Positions 1 through 11,125 of a stretch of DNA of 20,000 bases are shown here, one piece after another. The DNA comes from Spirochaetales bacterium (lineage in GTDB: Bacteria > Spirochaetota > Spirochaetia > Treponematales > UBA12059), in the NCBI GenBank assembly GCA_016928955.1, contig JAFGJV010000047.1:52077-72076 (forward strand). Direction: 5' to 3'. Under the pieces are notes generated by a model. It worked only from the letters and a program-made list of their open reading frames with translations. It was not told where the DNA came from and searched no databases. Numbering within the stretch: the stretch's first letter is position 1; each line of letters opens with the position of its first letter. Position numbers and translations under genes: made by a program.

Positions 1-1460
<1,460 letters not shown>

Positions 1461-1468
1461 GGAAGCCC

Positions 1469-1498
1469 ATTATCAGCCGGGGCGGGCCGGAGGGTCAA
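1469..1498 (-). promoter_or_regulatory. Putative sigma70 promoter for pyrG, giving a leaderless or near-leaderless transcript
   Basis: Minus strand reads TTGACC (1498-1493), 18 nt, GATAAT (1474-1469), GGGCTTCC, ATG. There is no Shine-Dalgarno between the -10 box and the ATG. Confidence 0.6.
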
Positions 1499-1508
1499 GC
1501 CCGCCCCG
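1478..1508. repeat. 10-bp GC-rich inverted repeat between the EIIA gene and pyrG
   Basis: CGGGGCGGGC (1478-1487) / GCCCGCCCCG (1499-1508) with an 11-nt loop and no U-tract. Confidence 0.7.
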
Positions 1509-1514
1509 CCTGTG

Positions 1515-1964
1515 TCAGTCGCCCTTCATGAGGGCCATGATTTCGGACGCGCTCTTGGCCGACGCCAAGGCCGAGCAGAGGGCGCTCTGCCGGGACAGGC
1601 GCGCTATCTCGGCCAGGGCCGCAATGTGCGGCCCGGTTTTCTCCGGCGGGGCGACCATGAGGAAAAACAGGCGCGACGGCTGGCCGTCTATCGCGTCGAA
1701 CTGAACGCCGTCTGGGGCCGTACCCACCGCCAGAAGGATGTTCGGGACCGCGTCGGTCTTGCCGTGGGGTACGGCTATGCCGTCAGAGAGGCCGGTGCTG
1801 CCCTGGGCCTCACGGTCGAGCACAGAGAGGAATACGTTTTCCGCGTTGTCCAGGCCGTAGGCGGCGGCCAGTACGTCAACCAGTTCGCGGATAACGCCAT
1901 TTTTGTCCCTGGCCATCAGCGGCACTTTGATCGCCCGTTCGTTCAAGAGTTCTATGAGCGCCAT
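1515..1964 (-). CDS. PTS EIIA domain protein (fructose/mannitol/Ntr-type, PTS_EIIA_2), 149 aa
   Basis: MALIELLNERAIKVPL...LDREAQGSTGLSDGIAVPHGK...FDAIDGQPSRLFFLMVAP...HIAALAEIARL, with the phospho-acceptor His in IAVPHG. Start placed at the ATG at 1964, which has AAGGAAGGG upstream. Confidence 0.92.
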   Translation of the reverse strand: MALIELLNERAIKVPLMARDKNGVIRELVDVLAAAYGLDNAENVFLSVLDREAQGSTGLSDGIAVPHGKTDAVPNILLAVGTAPDGVQFDAIDGQPSRLFFLMVAPPEKTGPHIAALAEIARLSRQSALCSALASAKSASEIMALMKGD

Positions 1965-2023
1965 AGGTGATCCCTTCCTTCCGTCGTGCCGGCCGCAGCC
2001 TTTCCTAACGCCGGCCCATACAT

Positions 2024-2512
2024 TCAACTCAGCTGTTCGTACAGTTCCTCTATGCGTTCCTCGTCACGGGCCACAAGCACGGAGCAGGGGGCCGTGCGCA
2101 TGGCCGTCTCCACCTCGTCGTACAGGGCGTCGCGGCGGCTCCTGATCTGGGGAGGAGGTCCCATGACCAGAAGGTCGGCTCCGATTTCCAGGGCCTTGTT
2201 CTTGATGGCAGCTGCTATGGAACCTGACACGCTGTGCCCCTCCACGTACACGCCCAGGCGCTTGCCCATTTCCGTGGCGTGCCTGAGGTAGCGGGTCGCG
2301 TCCTCGTCCATGTCGCGGCGGTATTCCTCCCGCTCGGCTTCCAGGAAGATGTGGGCCTGGACCAGGTCCGACAGGGCGCGCGTGTTGACCACGGCCAGCG
2401 CGTGCAGCTCTGCGTGGGTCTGGGACGCCAGGACGGCGGCCAGTCGGGCTGCCAGTATGGAGCCCTCCGATCCGTCCACGTAGACCAGCATCCGCTCGAA
2501 CGCCTGTCTCAT
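2024..2512 (-). CDS. Universal stress protein (UspA family), 162 aa
   Basis: FERMLVYVDGSEGS at the N-terminus, ADLLVMG, and C-terminal APCSVLVAR. ATGA overlap with the subunit D stop. Confidence 0.92.
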   Translation of the reverse strand: MRQAFERMLVYVDGSEGSILAARLAAVLASQTHAELHALAVVNTRALSDLVQAHIFLEAEREEYRRDMDEDATRYLRHATEMGKRLGVYVEGHSVSGSIAAAIKNKALEIGADLLVMGPPPQIRSRRDALYDEVETAMRTAPCSVLVARDEERIEELYEQLS

Positions 2513-3132
2513 CCCATCCTCCCGGCCAAGCGGCCCTTTACGGTCTTCATCAAGGCGAACATGTCCCGGTCGTTTTCCTCAAGCCGGGCGCCGATATGCG
2601 CCAGCGTTTCTTCCAGGTCCGGCAGGGCCACCTTTTCCAGCGCGTTGACCTTGCGGATGGTCTTGCGGACCTCCGCGGCCAGGCGCGTGATGGACACCTT
2701 GAGCTCGGCAAAGCGGCCGAGCGTGGTCAGGGCCTCCCTGAACCCGGCCAGGGCCGTGTCCACGCGGAAATCCGCGCCCAGGGAGCTGTAATACGGCCCG
2801 CGGTCCGAAAAGCGCGTGTCCACCACGGGCAGGTTAACGCCCATGACCCGGCGGGTGCGCAGGTCCACGGACGCGTCCATGGTCACCGCGCCAGACAGGG
2901 ACAGGAGCCTGAGGCGGCCCATGGACAGGGCGGCGTCTTCCAGCGACGACCACGCTCCGGCCAGTGCCTCGTCCACCCGCTTCTCCATGGCCGCTGCCTG
3001 GTCGACCACGGCCAACAGCTCCGCCACCAGTATACCCCGTTTTTGGTCCAGGAGCTCGCGCCCGAGCTGGGCAAAGGCCAGCTCGTCCCTGAGCTTGAGG
3101 AGGTTGGTCTTGGTGGGCGGGACGTTTCTCAT
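2509..3132 (-). CDS. atpD: V/A-type ATP synthase subunit D (NtpD)
   Basis: [12 protein letters not shown]...GRELLDQKR...VMGVNLP...[18 protein letters not shown]; follows subunit B. Confidence 0.96.
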   Translation of the reverse strand: MRNVPPTKTNLLKLRDELAFAQLGRELLDQKRGILVAELLAVVDQAAAMEKRVDEALAGAWSSLEDAALSMGRLRLLSLSGAVTMDASVDLRTRRVMGVNLPVVDTRFSDRGPYYSSLGADFRVDTALAGFREALTTLGRFAELKVSITRLAAEVRKTIRKVNALEKVALPDLEETLAHIGARLEENDRDMFALMKTVKGRLAGRMG

Positions 3133-4556
3133 GCCGGGCTGTTCCCCTCGTAACGCTGGGACAATTCCTCGGCGGTAACCCGGTGGAGCTCTTCCGGCGG
3201 CAGGCGCTTGAGAGCTTCCCAGCCCAGGTCCAGGGTGCGGTCCATGCTTCTGTCCTCCGTGCGGCCCTGGTTGACGAAGGAGCGCTCGAAAAACTCCCCG
3301 AATTCCAGGTACTGCTTGTCCAGGGGCGACAGTTCGTCCTCCCCGATCACGGACGCCAGGTTGCGCACGTCCTTGACCGCGCTGTACGACGCGAACAGCT
3401 GGCTGGCCAGGTGGGGGTGGTCGTCACGGGTCATGCCCGAGCCTATGCCGTCCTTCATCAGCCTGGACAGGGACGGGAGGCCGGCCACAGGCGGATAGAT
3501 GCCGCGTCCGGCCATGTCGCGCTCGAACACGATCTGGCCTTCCGTTATGTAGCCGGTGAGGTCCGGGATGGGGTGGGATATGTCGTCGTTCGGCATGGTC
3601 AGGATGGGCAACTGGGTGATGGACCCTTCCACGCCCTTGATCATGCCGGAGCGCTCGTACAGCTCGGCAAGGTCTGAATACAGGTAGCCGGGGTAGCCCT
3701 TGCGGGACGGTATCTCGCCGCGCAGGGTGGATATTTCCCGCAGGGATTCGCAGTAGTTTGCCATGTCCGTCATGATGACGAGCACGTGCATGCCGCGGAC
3801 ATAGGCCAGATGTTCGGCCAGGGTAAGGGCGACGCGGGGCGTTACCGTGCGCTCTATGGACGGGTCGTCTGCCAGGGACAGGAACAGTGCCACGCGGCCG
3901 AGCGCTCCGCTTTCCTCGAACGAGCGCACGAAGAACCGCGCTACGTCGTGTTTGACGCCCATGGCCGCGAACACCACGGCAAAGTCTCCCGAGCCGCCGC
4001 GGATCTTGGCCTGTCTGGCAATCTGGGCGGCCAGCTCGTTGTGGGCCAGGCCATTGCCCGAGAATATGGGCAGTTTCTGGCCCCGTATGAGGGTGTTCAT
4101 GCCGTCGATCACGGACATGCCGGTCTGGATGTAGTCGCGGGGATATTCCCGGGCCGTGGGGTTGACCGGCTTGCCGTTGACGTCCTCCTCGGACGCGGCC
4201 CTGGGCGCAGGCCCTCCGTCTATGGGGCGTCCCAGCCCGTCGAACACCCTGCCCAGCATGCCTGCCGACACGCCCAGGGTCAGGGGCCTGCCCAGGAACC
4301 TGATGCGGGTGTCCGGCAGGGACAAACCCTGTGTACCCTCGAACACCTGCACCATGACGGCGTCCTCGGAGCTGTCCATGACGGTGCCCAGGCGCACGGC
4401 TCCCGTGTGGTCCACGCATTCGACCAGCTCGCGGTAGCCCACGGGATGGGTTTTTTTGAGCACCAGGAGGGGCCCGTCCATGCTGGACGCCCCGCGGTAC
4501 TCGCGGCCGGCCATGATTCGTCGCAGGGCGGCCTGATCCAGAAGGGCTTCAGGCAT
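3129..4556 (-). CDS. atpB: V/A-type ATP synthase subunit B (NtpB)
   Basis: [77 protein letters not shown]. Confidence 0.98.
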   Translation of the reverse strand: MPEALLDQAALRRIMAGREYRGASSMDGPLLVLKKTHPVGYRELVECVDHTGAVRLGTVMDSSEDAVMVQVFEGTQGLSLPDTRIRFLGRPLTLGVSAGMLGRVFDGLGRPIDGGPAPRAASEEDVNGKPVNPTAREYPRDYIQTGMSVIDGMNTLIRGQKLPIFSGNGLAHNELAAQIARQAKIRGGSGDFAVVFAAMGVKHDVARFFVRSFEESGALGRVALFLSLADDPSIERTVTPRVALTLAEHLAYVRGMHVLVIMTDMANYCESLREISTLRGEIPSRKGYPGYLYSDLAELYERSGMIKGVEGSITQLPILTMPNDDISHPIPDLTGYITEGQIVFERDMAGRGIYPPVAGLPSLSRLMKDGIGSGMTRDDHPHLASQLFASYSAVKDVRNLASVIGEDELSPLDKQYLEFGEFFERSFVNQGRTEDRSMDRTLDLGWEALKRLPPEELHRVTAEELSQRYEGNSPA

Positions 4557-6318
4557 ACACGGCCTCCAGTCGGGCCACCGCCCGTTCGAGCGCGGCCGCC
4601 AGTTTTCCGAAACCGTCCGCGTCGTCGTCGCTCAGCGTGAATTTCATCTTGACGATGTCGCCCAGCACCTTGAGCTTGCGCAGCTCGGCTATGGACACTC
4701 CCCGCTTGATGGCTTCGGAACCACGGCGCCAGTACGCCAGGACCAAGCCAAGCATGCGCTGCTGCTTGCCCGGCGACGAGTAGCGGTCCACGTTGTCAAA
4801 GGCGTTTTGCTGGAGGAAGGCGTTCTTGAACAGCTCGCACACCTCTATGACAAAACGCTGGCTGTCCGGCAGGGCGTCGGGTCCCACAAGCTTGACCACC
4901 TGCAGGAGCCTGACCTCCCTGCGGAGCAGTTCCAGGATCTCGGCTCGGTCCTTGGACCATTGCGGCCCGGCCTGGTCCAACCACCAGCTCTGGATGTCGT
5001 CCACGTATTCCGAGTAGCTGTCCAGCCATGATATGGCCGGGTAGTGCCGGGCGTTGGCCAGATTGCGGTCCAGGCCCCAGAAACAGCGCACGTAGCGGCG
5101 CGTGTGCTGGGTGACCGGCTCGGAAAAGTCCCCGCCCGGCGGGCTCACGGCCCCTATGATGGATACCGAGCCCGGCTGGCCGGACAGGGTTTCCATAAGC
5201 CCGGCCCGTTCGTAGAATTCGGCTATGCGCGTGGGTAGGTAGGCGGGGAAGCCTTCCTCCGCGGGCATTTCCTCCATGCGGCCTGACAGTTCCCGCAGGG
5301 CCTCGGCCCAGCGGGACGTGGAGTCTGCCATGACGGCCACGTGCAGGCCCATGTCGCGGAAGTACTCGGCTATGGTGACGCCGGTGTAAATGCTGGCTTC
5401 CCGTGCGGAAACGGGCATGTTGGACGTGTTGGCGATCAGCACCGTCCGTTCCATCAGGCTCCTGCCCGTGCGCGGGTCGACCAGCCTCGGAAATTCGGTA
5501 AGCACGTCCGTCATCTCGTTGCCGCGCTCGCCGCAGCCTATGTACACGATGATGTCCGCGTCGCACCATTTGGCAATGGCGTGCTGGGTCATGGTCTTGC
5601 CGGTGCCAAAGCCGCCGGGTATGGCCACGGTGCCGCCCTTGGCCAGCGGAAACAGCGTGTCTATTACCCGCTGACCGGTGATGAGCGGCTGGTTCATGGC
5701 CAGGCGGGAGCGGACCGGCCGGGGCACGCGTATGGGCCAGCGCTGGATCATGGACAGGCGATGCTGGCCCGTGGACGAATCCAGTATGGCCACGTCCGTG
5801 TCCACGGCATAGTCGCCGGCGGGAGCCAGGTAGGAGAGGCTTCCGCCGGTCTCCGGCGGCACGAGAATTTTGTGGACCAAGCGCTCGGTCTCTCGGACCG
5901 TGCCAAGGATGTCTCCGGGTTTGAGCCGGGCGCCCGGTTGGGCCACCGGCGTCCAGGCCCACAGCCGTTTTCTGTCCAGGGCGTCGGCCTGGACCCCGCG
6001 GCCTATAAAGGTGCCCGTGCGCTCGCGGATGGCGTCCAGGGGCCGCTGTATGCCGTCGTAGATGGAGCCGATGAGCCCCGGTCCAAGCTCAAGCGACAAA
6101 GGCAGGCCGGAACCGTACACGGGAGCCCCCGGCGCCAGTCCAGATGTGTCCTCATACACCTGTATGACGGCTTCCCCGTCCGCCAGCTTGATCACCTCGC
6201 CCACCAGTCTGTCGTCGCCCACGCGAACCAGTTCCAGCATGTGGGCAGAAGCGGCATCTCTGGCTTCTATCACGGGGCCGGTGATCCTCCGGACCCGCGC
6301 GATTATCCGTTCGTTCAT
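4549..6318 (-). CDS. atpA: V/A-type ATP synthase catalytic subunit A (NtpA)
   Basis: Walker [58 protein letters not shown]. Start moved to MNERIIARV (6318), which overlaps the subunit E stop as ATGA. Confidence 0.98.
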   Translation of the reverse strand: MNERIIARVRRITGPVIEARDAASAHMLELVRVGDDRLVGEVIKLADGEAVIQVYEDTSGLAPGAPVYGSGLPLSLELGPGLIGSIYDGIQRPLDAIRERTGTFIGRGVQADALDRKRLWAWTPVAQPGARLKPGDILGTVRETERLVHKILVPPETGGSLSYLAPAGDYAVDTDVAILDSSTGQHRLSMIQRWPIRVPRPVRSRLAMNQPLITGQRVIDTLFPLAKGGTVAIPGGFGTGKTMTQHAIAKWCDADIIVYIGCGERGNEMTDVLTEFPRLVDPRTGRSLMERTVLIANTSNMPVSAREASIYTGVTIAEYFRDMGLHVAVMADSTSRWAEALRELSGRMEEMPAEEGFPAYLPTRIAEFYERAGLMETLSGQPGSVSIIGAVSPPGGDFSEPVTQHTRRYVRCFWGLDRNLANARHYPAISWLDSYSEYVDDIQSWWLDQAGPQWSKDRAEILELLRREVRLLQVVKLVGPDALPDSQRFVIEVCELFKNAFLQQNAFDNVDRYSSPGKQQRMLGLVLAYWRRGSEAIKRGVSIAELRKLKVLGDIVKMKFTLSDDDADGFGKLAAALERAVARLEAVYA

Positions 6319-6974
6319 GAAGTTGCTCCGGATGTGTCCAGGGCGTCCATGACCAGGGTCTGGACGGCTCTCCGCGCCCGCCCGAGCCTGGCTCCCACCC
6401 GGTTGTCGTAGGCCAGCCTGCCGCCGTCCGCCTGGAGTACGGGCCCGGTGCCGTCCGGGGCGGGTTCGCCGGCGAGCGTCAGCCTGACGGGGTTGCCGGA
6501 GGCTGCGGATGCCCTGGCCTCGGCGCGACGCAACAGCTCCGGGGTGACCACGGCTCGCTCTGCTTCCGGCACCAGCACGTCCGCCTCCTCGTGTCCCAAG
6601 CCGATCGCCGCTTCCGCTATCCACGACTCCATGAAGGCGGGGTAATCGGGGCGGCCGGCCACGGCGCGACACTCGCCGGCGGTCAGGTCCATGACCCTGT
6701 GCTCGAACGCGGCTTCCGCCTCGAGTACCAGGCGCGCGCGCTCGGCGTCCAGGGCGGCCCGGGCGTCCTTCAGGACAGCCTCAGCCCGGTCGCGGGCGTC
6801 CGCTAGAGCCGCGGCTTCAAGGGCGCGCGCCTGCGTGGCTGCGCTATCCATGCGCCTCTGGGCATAGTCCGCTGCCTGGGCATCCAGGTCCCTGATCTTG
6901 GCGTCCGCCTCGTCCAGGATGCCCCGGAGCAGGCCGCTGTCGTCGTGCGCTGTGCTTGTCGAGGAACGTTTCAT
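6315..6974 (-). CDS. atpE: V/A-type ATP synthase subunit E (peripheral stalk)
   Basis: N-terminal Ala/Glu/Arg coiled coil starting GILDEAD; C-terminal GPVLQADGGRLAYDNRVGARL matches the subunit E GG...DN..ARL pattern. Lies between F and A. Confidence 0.88.
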   Translation of the reverse strand: MKRSSTSTAHDDSGLLRGILDEADAKIRDLDAQAADYAQRRMDSAATQARALEAAALADARDRAEAVLKDARAALDAERARLVLEAEAAFEHRVMDLTAGECRAVAGRPDYPAFMESWIAEAAIGLGHEEADVLVPEAERAVVTPELLRRAEARASAASGNPVRLTLAGEPAPDGTGPVLQADGGRLAYDNRVGARLGRARRAVQTLVMDALDTSGATS

Positions 6975-7276
6975 AATTTTACGCCTATGGCCGCGTTGGC
7001 CAGTTCCCGTACGCCCGGCCGGCCAGGCATCCGGCCCTTTCTGCCCGGTATTTCCACTACCAGCGGAAAGCGGGCTGAGAACAGGTATCTGTCCACGGTT
7101 TCCCGTATCATGGAAGCCACTGGTTCGGTCATGATGACGATGCCCACGTCCTGCATGGCCAGGACGTCCGAGAACGCGGCTCCCGCCTCGTCGGCATCAT
7201 GGGCTGTCCTGCCGTCCACGCCGACCATGCCGAAGCCCAGGACAGCGTCCTCGTCGCCTATAACGAAATAGCGCAT
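6971..7276 (-). CDS. atpF: V/A-type ATP synthase subunit F
   Basis: YFVIGDEDAVLGFGMVGV...DVGIVIMTE...PLVVEIP...AIGVKL. Confidence 0.95.
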   Translation of the reverse strand: MRYFVIGDEDAVLGFGMVGVDGRTAHDADEAGAAFSDVLAMQDVGIVIMTEPVASMIRETVDRYLFSARFPLVVEIPGRKGRMPGRPGVRELANAAIGVKL

Positions 7277-7280
7277 GAGC

Positions 7281-7631
7281 TCATACTTTGCCCAGGATCA
7301 TGAGGGCAATGATGAAGCCGAAGACCACCACGCCTTCCGCCAGGGCGACAAAAATGAGGGCCTGTCCGCCCACCTCGGGCTTCTCGCCCACGGCGCCCAT
7401 GGCCGCCGAGCCCACGTGGGCAATGGCTATGCCCGCCCCTATGGCGCCCAGGCCAAAAGCGGCCGCCGCCGCGAAGAGGCCCAACGTGCGAGCGCTGTCC
7501 GGCGCTTCTGGCGCGGCGCCCGCCGGTTCCTGAGCCACTGCCGCGCTGCCGGCGGCAAAAACCGCCGCCAGTATGGCCATCACCACGATCCGCCGCGCGA
7601 TACCCGCTTTTGCCTTCAGCCGTTTGTCCAT
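7281..7631 (-). CDS. atpK: V/A-type ATP synthase proteolipid subunit K/c (single hairpin with a signal-like leader)
   Basis: GLGAIGAGIAIAHVGSAAMGAVGEKPE...IFVALAEGVVVFGFIIALMIL with the carrier Glu; has its own SD (AGGAG). Confidence 0.95.
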   Translation of the reverse strand: MDKRLKAKAGIARRIVVMAILAAVFAAGSAAVAQEPAGAAPEAPDSARTLGLFAAAAAFGLGAIGAGIAIAHVGSAAMGAVGEKPEVGGQALIFVALAEGVVVFGFIIALMILGKV

Positions 7632-7686
7632 AGCCGCTACTCCTGTGTTGCCGTTTGGGCGCCCCGGATTCTTGCCGGGATCCCGT

Positions 7687-9735
7687 TCAGTCCGCCGAGC
7701 GGAACGATATGGGGCTGTAAGCCCGCCCCGAGCCGTTGAAGAACTTGGAGAAAAATTCGTAATAGTTGAGCCTGAGCGCCTGTATGCCCGCCGACAGGCC
7801 TTCCAGAGCTATGACGAGCACGTTGCCCGCGACCAGGATGAGGATGGCCGTTACGCTGAAGCCTCCGCCGGGGTTGACCATGCCCGCTATCTGGAAGAAG
7901 GCGCTCATGAGGCTGACGTGGGCTATGCCCAGGCCGGCAACGCGCATGAAGGACAGGGTGTTGGCCAGGTAGCCTGAGTATACTTCCAGGACGGAAACCA
8001 GCCATTCCATGATCCAGGACATCACGGTCCCGGCCGTGAGTTTTCCGCCGCCCGCCCCGCGCGCCTTGTGTTCCAGGCGTTCCAGCGGAGCTTTGAACGC
8101 CAGGAGGACCGTGGGTAGGCCCAGCACCAGGAGTAGGATATCCGCGGGCGGGAGGGTCTTGTACGAGCTGGCCACGAACCAGAACGACGCCCAGGCGCCC
8201 GCCCCGTACACCATGCCGCCCGCCAGTCCGGCCTTGTCAAAGAACAGGTCCACCCAGCGCCGCTGCCTGACCAGGTTGATCCAGTTGAGGACCAGGCCCG
8301 TGCCCAGGACCACGATGCCGAATTTGATGGTGATGCCAAGTATGTCGTAGATGGACGACACGGTGCCGCCGCGCGCGTGCCCGGCGACCACACCGTGGTA
8401 ATCGAACCACAGAGGCTTCAGGAGCCCCATGCCGAAATACGAGCCGAACAGGATCCCCGCGGCTATTGCCGCCAGCCCGCAGTACCAGATCAGGGTGAAC
8501 AAGGTATCCGGCTTGCCGTGTTTCCTGGCGCGCAGCCTGCCCAGGAGGCCCGCCACGGCAAGCACGGCTCCGTGGCCCGCGTCCCCGAACATGAGGCCGA
8601 ACATGATCAGGTAGGCAGCCGCCACCAGGGGCGTGGGGTCGACCGTGCCGTAGGCAGGCACGCCGAAATTGCTTACCAGGGTCTGGAACGGCCGGAGGAT
8701 GTCCGGATTGCGCATGGCCGACGGCGGCACCAGGCCAGCAGCGGCCGCCTCCGACGCCTCGGTCCACTCGATGTGGCAGCGGCCGCCCGTGGCCGTGCGG
8801 ATGGCGTCTTCCGCCCGCCGCGAATCCTTGGCAGGCAGCCAGCCGGACAAAAGCGTCGTGCTGTCGGTATGGGAAAACGACGAGCGCAGGCGCTGGGACA
8901 ATTCAGCGCCCCTGAGTTCCACCCACAGGCCGCCCAGCTCGGACGCCTTGTCCCGGATGAGCCTTCCCACGTCCCTCCGCCGTTCCTCAAGCTCCAACGC
9001 CAGCCTGGAACGCTTGTCAGCCACTTCTTTCAGGGCTTCAGCAGCGTTGCCCCGGGCGTCGCTTGCCTCGTCGGTCCAGTCCGAACGGCGCAGGGCGGAG
9101 TCCACGCGGGTCTCGTCGCGCCTGAGGGCTGCCACCAGGCAGTGGAAACGGCCGTCTTCGGACACGCCGCGCCCGTCCGCACCGCCAAGGGGCGCCAGCA
9201 CGGAGGGAAAGGCGGCCAGCGCCTTGTCCAGGCGTTCCGCCTCGGAGGCGGGAACGGAACCGGCCCTGATGAGAAGGAACGAACGCTCCTCCGGTCGGGA
9301 CAGTCCCCGCCTGGCGGCGTCGCCCAAGGCAGCGCCCCGTTCCAGCTGGCGGGCTATCTCGTCCAGTCTGAGTATTTTGTCCTGGGTTTCCTTCTGCTTG
9401 TCCCTGATGGCCTGGATGTCGGACGCCATGGCATCCACGCGGCTTTCCACGGCGGCCAGGTCAAAGGGACCTCCGTGAAAATCACTGTCCAGGGGGCGGG
9501 ACAGGGGCGGTTCGGCCAGGGACATGAGCCCTTCCACCCGCCTGCGGGCGTCGCGCACCCGTTCCAGGGAAGGGTCGCGCTCTACCGAGCTGAGCCTGCC
9601 GGAAGGCGTGTCGTCCGGCTGGCGGAAACTGATCGCTTCCAGGCAGCCGGTCCGTACCAGCTCGTCGGCCGTTGCCTTGGCAAGGGAGCTGGGCACGGCG
9701 GCGTCCAGGAGCCTCATGCGCACGGTGAACATCAT
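7687..9735 (-). CDS. atpI: V/A-type ATP synthase subunit I/a
   Basis: LLSGWLP, FGVPAYGTVDPTP, FGLMFGDAGHG, NTLSFMRVAGLGIAH (essential Arg), IQALRLNYYEFFSKFF. Start moved to MMFTVRM at 9735, an ATGA overlap with the subunit C stop. Confidence 0.96.
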   Translation of the reverse strand: MMFTVRMRLLDAAVPSSLAKATADELVRTGCLEAISFRQPDDTPSGRLSSVERDPSLERVRDARRRVEGLMSLAEPPLSRPLDSDFHGGPFDLAAVESRVDAMASDIQAIRDKQKETQDKILRLDEIARQLERGAALGDAARRGLSRPEERSFLLIRAGSVPASEAERLDKALAAFPSVLAPLGGADGRGVSEDGRFHCLVAALRRDETRVDSALRRSDWTDEASDARGNAAEALKEVADKRSRLALELEERRRDVGRLIRDKASELGGLWVELRGAELSQRLRSSFSHTDSTTLLSGWLPAKDSRRAEDAIRTATGGRCHIEWTEASEAAAAGLVPPSAMRNPDILRPFQTLVSNFGVPAYGTVDPTPLVAAAYLIMFGLMFGDAGHGAVLAVAGLLGRLRARKHGKPDTLFTLIWYCGLAAIAAGILFGSYFGMGLLKPLWFDYHGVVAGHARGGTVSSIYDILGITIKFGIVVLGTGLVLNWINLVRQRRWVDLFFDKAGLAGGMVYGAGAWASFWFVASSYKTLPPADILLLVLGLPTVLLAFKAPLERLEHKARGAGGGKLTAGTVMSWIMEWLVSVLEVYSGYLANTLSFMRVAGLGIAHVSLMSAFFQIAGMVNPGGGFSVTAILILVAGNVLVIALEGLSAGIQALRLNYYEFFSKFFNGSGRAYSPISFRSAD

Positions 9736-10793
9736 ATGACGCTCCTTGCCCGGTCCTCGGGCAGGCCGTAGTGCGCGGCGTTCAAGGCCGACCGGAGCCT
9801 GCGCAGTTCGTCGCAACGTAGTTCCAGGTAGGACAGGATGACGCCTATGGAGAAAGGGTTCTTGCCCTTGAGGGCGCGGGCTTCGTCGGTTTTGGCCTGG
9901 CGGACAAAGCGTTCCAGCCCGCCCAGCCGACCCCGCGAGTCAGCGCGGGCCCAGAATGCTTCCAGTCCCCGGATGGAGCCGTGGAACATGGCGCTGGCGC
10001 GGTCCAGGGGTTTGTCGGACGCCAGGGCGTTTTCCAGGGCGTCGGTCTTGACGGCCCCCGGAAAGGCTATCAGCTGCCGCTTGAGCTGGTCTGCGGCCGG
10101 GCCGGCGGCCAGGCGGGATCGTACCAGGCTGTTGAGGTTCTGGATGTCCGCGTCAAAGGCCACAAAGCGCCTGGCCAGACGACGGTCGGCCGGACGGAGA
10201 CCGGCCAGCGAGCTTTCCAGGTTGCTGAAATAGAAGGCGTCCAGGGCGCTTTCCAGGGCGTACAGGCTGGCGAGCCTGGCCGTATCCTGCGCGTGCTTGG
10301 CCACGATAGAGCCGTAAGCGCTGCCCCGGAAAGCCAAGGCCAGTTCGGCCGGCGATGCCGCGTTGACGATGGCGTCAAAGTCCAGCCTGTCCACCACGCG
10401 GCCGGCAAAACGGTAGCCCGTCCTGTCGCCTATGTGGCGGCCGCGCACGTGCGAGTCGAACCACAGGCGCAGGGCGTCCTTGACCGCGTCCAGTTCGGGC
10501 CGCCGCGCCAGGGCGGCTATGAAGGCGCGCGTGGGGCCTTCCAGGCGCGGCAGGAGCTCGGAATACGCGCCCGCTTCGCGCGCGAACAGCTCGGCTTCCA
10601 CCGCCTTGAGGTCGCCGGTCGCCGCGTATACCCGCTCAAGGTCCTCGTAGGCGGTGCCGCGCAGGCTTATGAAGGCTTCCTGGACCGTACGCGCGCGGGC
10701 AAGTTTCAGGATGATGTCGTCGTCCAGGAGCGTGCTGGTCCTGGTTTTGAGCTTGGCGCTCAGGTAGCCGTACTCGGACAGGGCGCTCCTCAT
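9732..10793 (-). CDS. atpC: V/A-type ATP synthase subunit C/d (AC39 family)
   Basis: N-terminal YGYLSAKLKTRTSTLL, LESALDAFYF, DIQNLNSLVR, C-terminal PFSIGVILSYLELRCDELRRL; 353 aa; operon position. Confidence 0.9.
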   Translation of the reverse strand: MRSALSEYGYLSAKLKTRTSTLLDDDIILKLARARTVQEAFISLRGTAYEDLERVYAATGDLKAVEAELFAREAGAYSELLPRLEGPTRAFIAALARRPELDAVKDALRLWFDSHVRGRHIGDRTGYRFAGRVVDRLDFDAIVNAASPAELALAFRGSAYGSIVAKHAQDTARLASLYALESALDAFYFSNLESSLAGLRPADRRLARRFVAFDADIQNLNSLVRSRLAAGPAADQLKRQLIAFPGAVKTDALENALASDKPLDRASAMFHGSIRGLEAFWARADSRGRLGGLERFVRQAKTDEARALKGKNPFSIGVILSYLELRCDELRRLRSALNAAHYGLPEDRARSVI

Positions 10794-11125
10794 GACACGG
10801 CCCCGCCATCCAGCTCGGTGGCAAGCACCAGGGCGGCCGCCTGCTTGGCCAGATCGGGAGCCCGGGCGTTGAGTTCGGCAAAGCGCTTGTCTATGTCCGC
10901 GCGGATGCTTTCCAGGCCGGCCACGCGGAGGGCCTCGGCTTCCTGCTTTGCCTGCTCGAGCTGGGCTTTGGCCGCGGCCTGCGCGCGTTCCCGAGCTTCA
11001 GCTACTAGCTGTTCGGCGGCCGCGTCGGCCTTGGACCTGGTTTCCTGTGCCCGTTGTTTTGCTGCGTCCAGCTTGGTCCTGGCCTCGTCTTCCGCGGCCA
11101 GGATGGATGTAAGTACCTTGTCCAT
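10790..11125 (-). CDS. V/A-type ATPase peripheral stalk subunit H/G
   Basis: 111-aa Ala/Glu/Lys coiled coil starting MDKVLTSILAAEDEA; first gene of the operon; SD AAGGGA; ATGA overlap with subunit C. Confidence 0.8.
   Translation of the reverse strand: MDKVLTSILAAEDEARTKLDAAKQRAQETRSKADAAAEQLVAEARERAQAAAKAQLEQAKQEAEALRVAGLESIRADIDKRFAELNARAPDLAKQAAALVLATELDGGAVS

Noticed and set aside
1461..1468. GGGC upstream of pyrG, resembling the Bacillus pyrG reiterative-transcription start
   Set aside because: It abuts the -10 box rather than lying about 7 nt downstream, and there is no room for a leader terminator before the ATG.
6319..6672. N-terminal extension of subunit A in the ORF track (also the extensions of subunit I to 9816, EIIA to 2027, and the barrel protein from 14730)
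   Set aside because: Most overlap the neighbouring gene, and in each case a downstream ATG has an ATGA coupling or a clear SD and matches the expected N-terminus.
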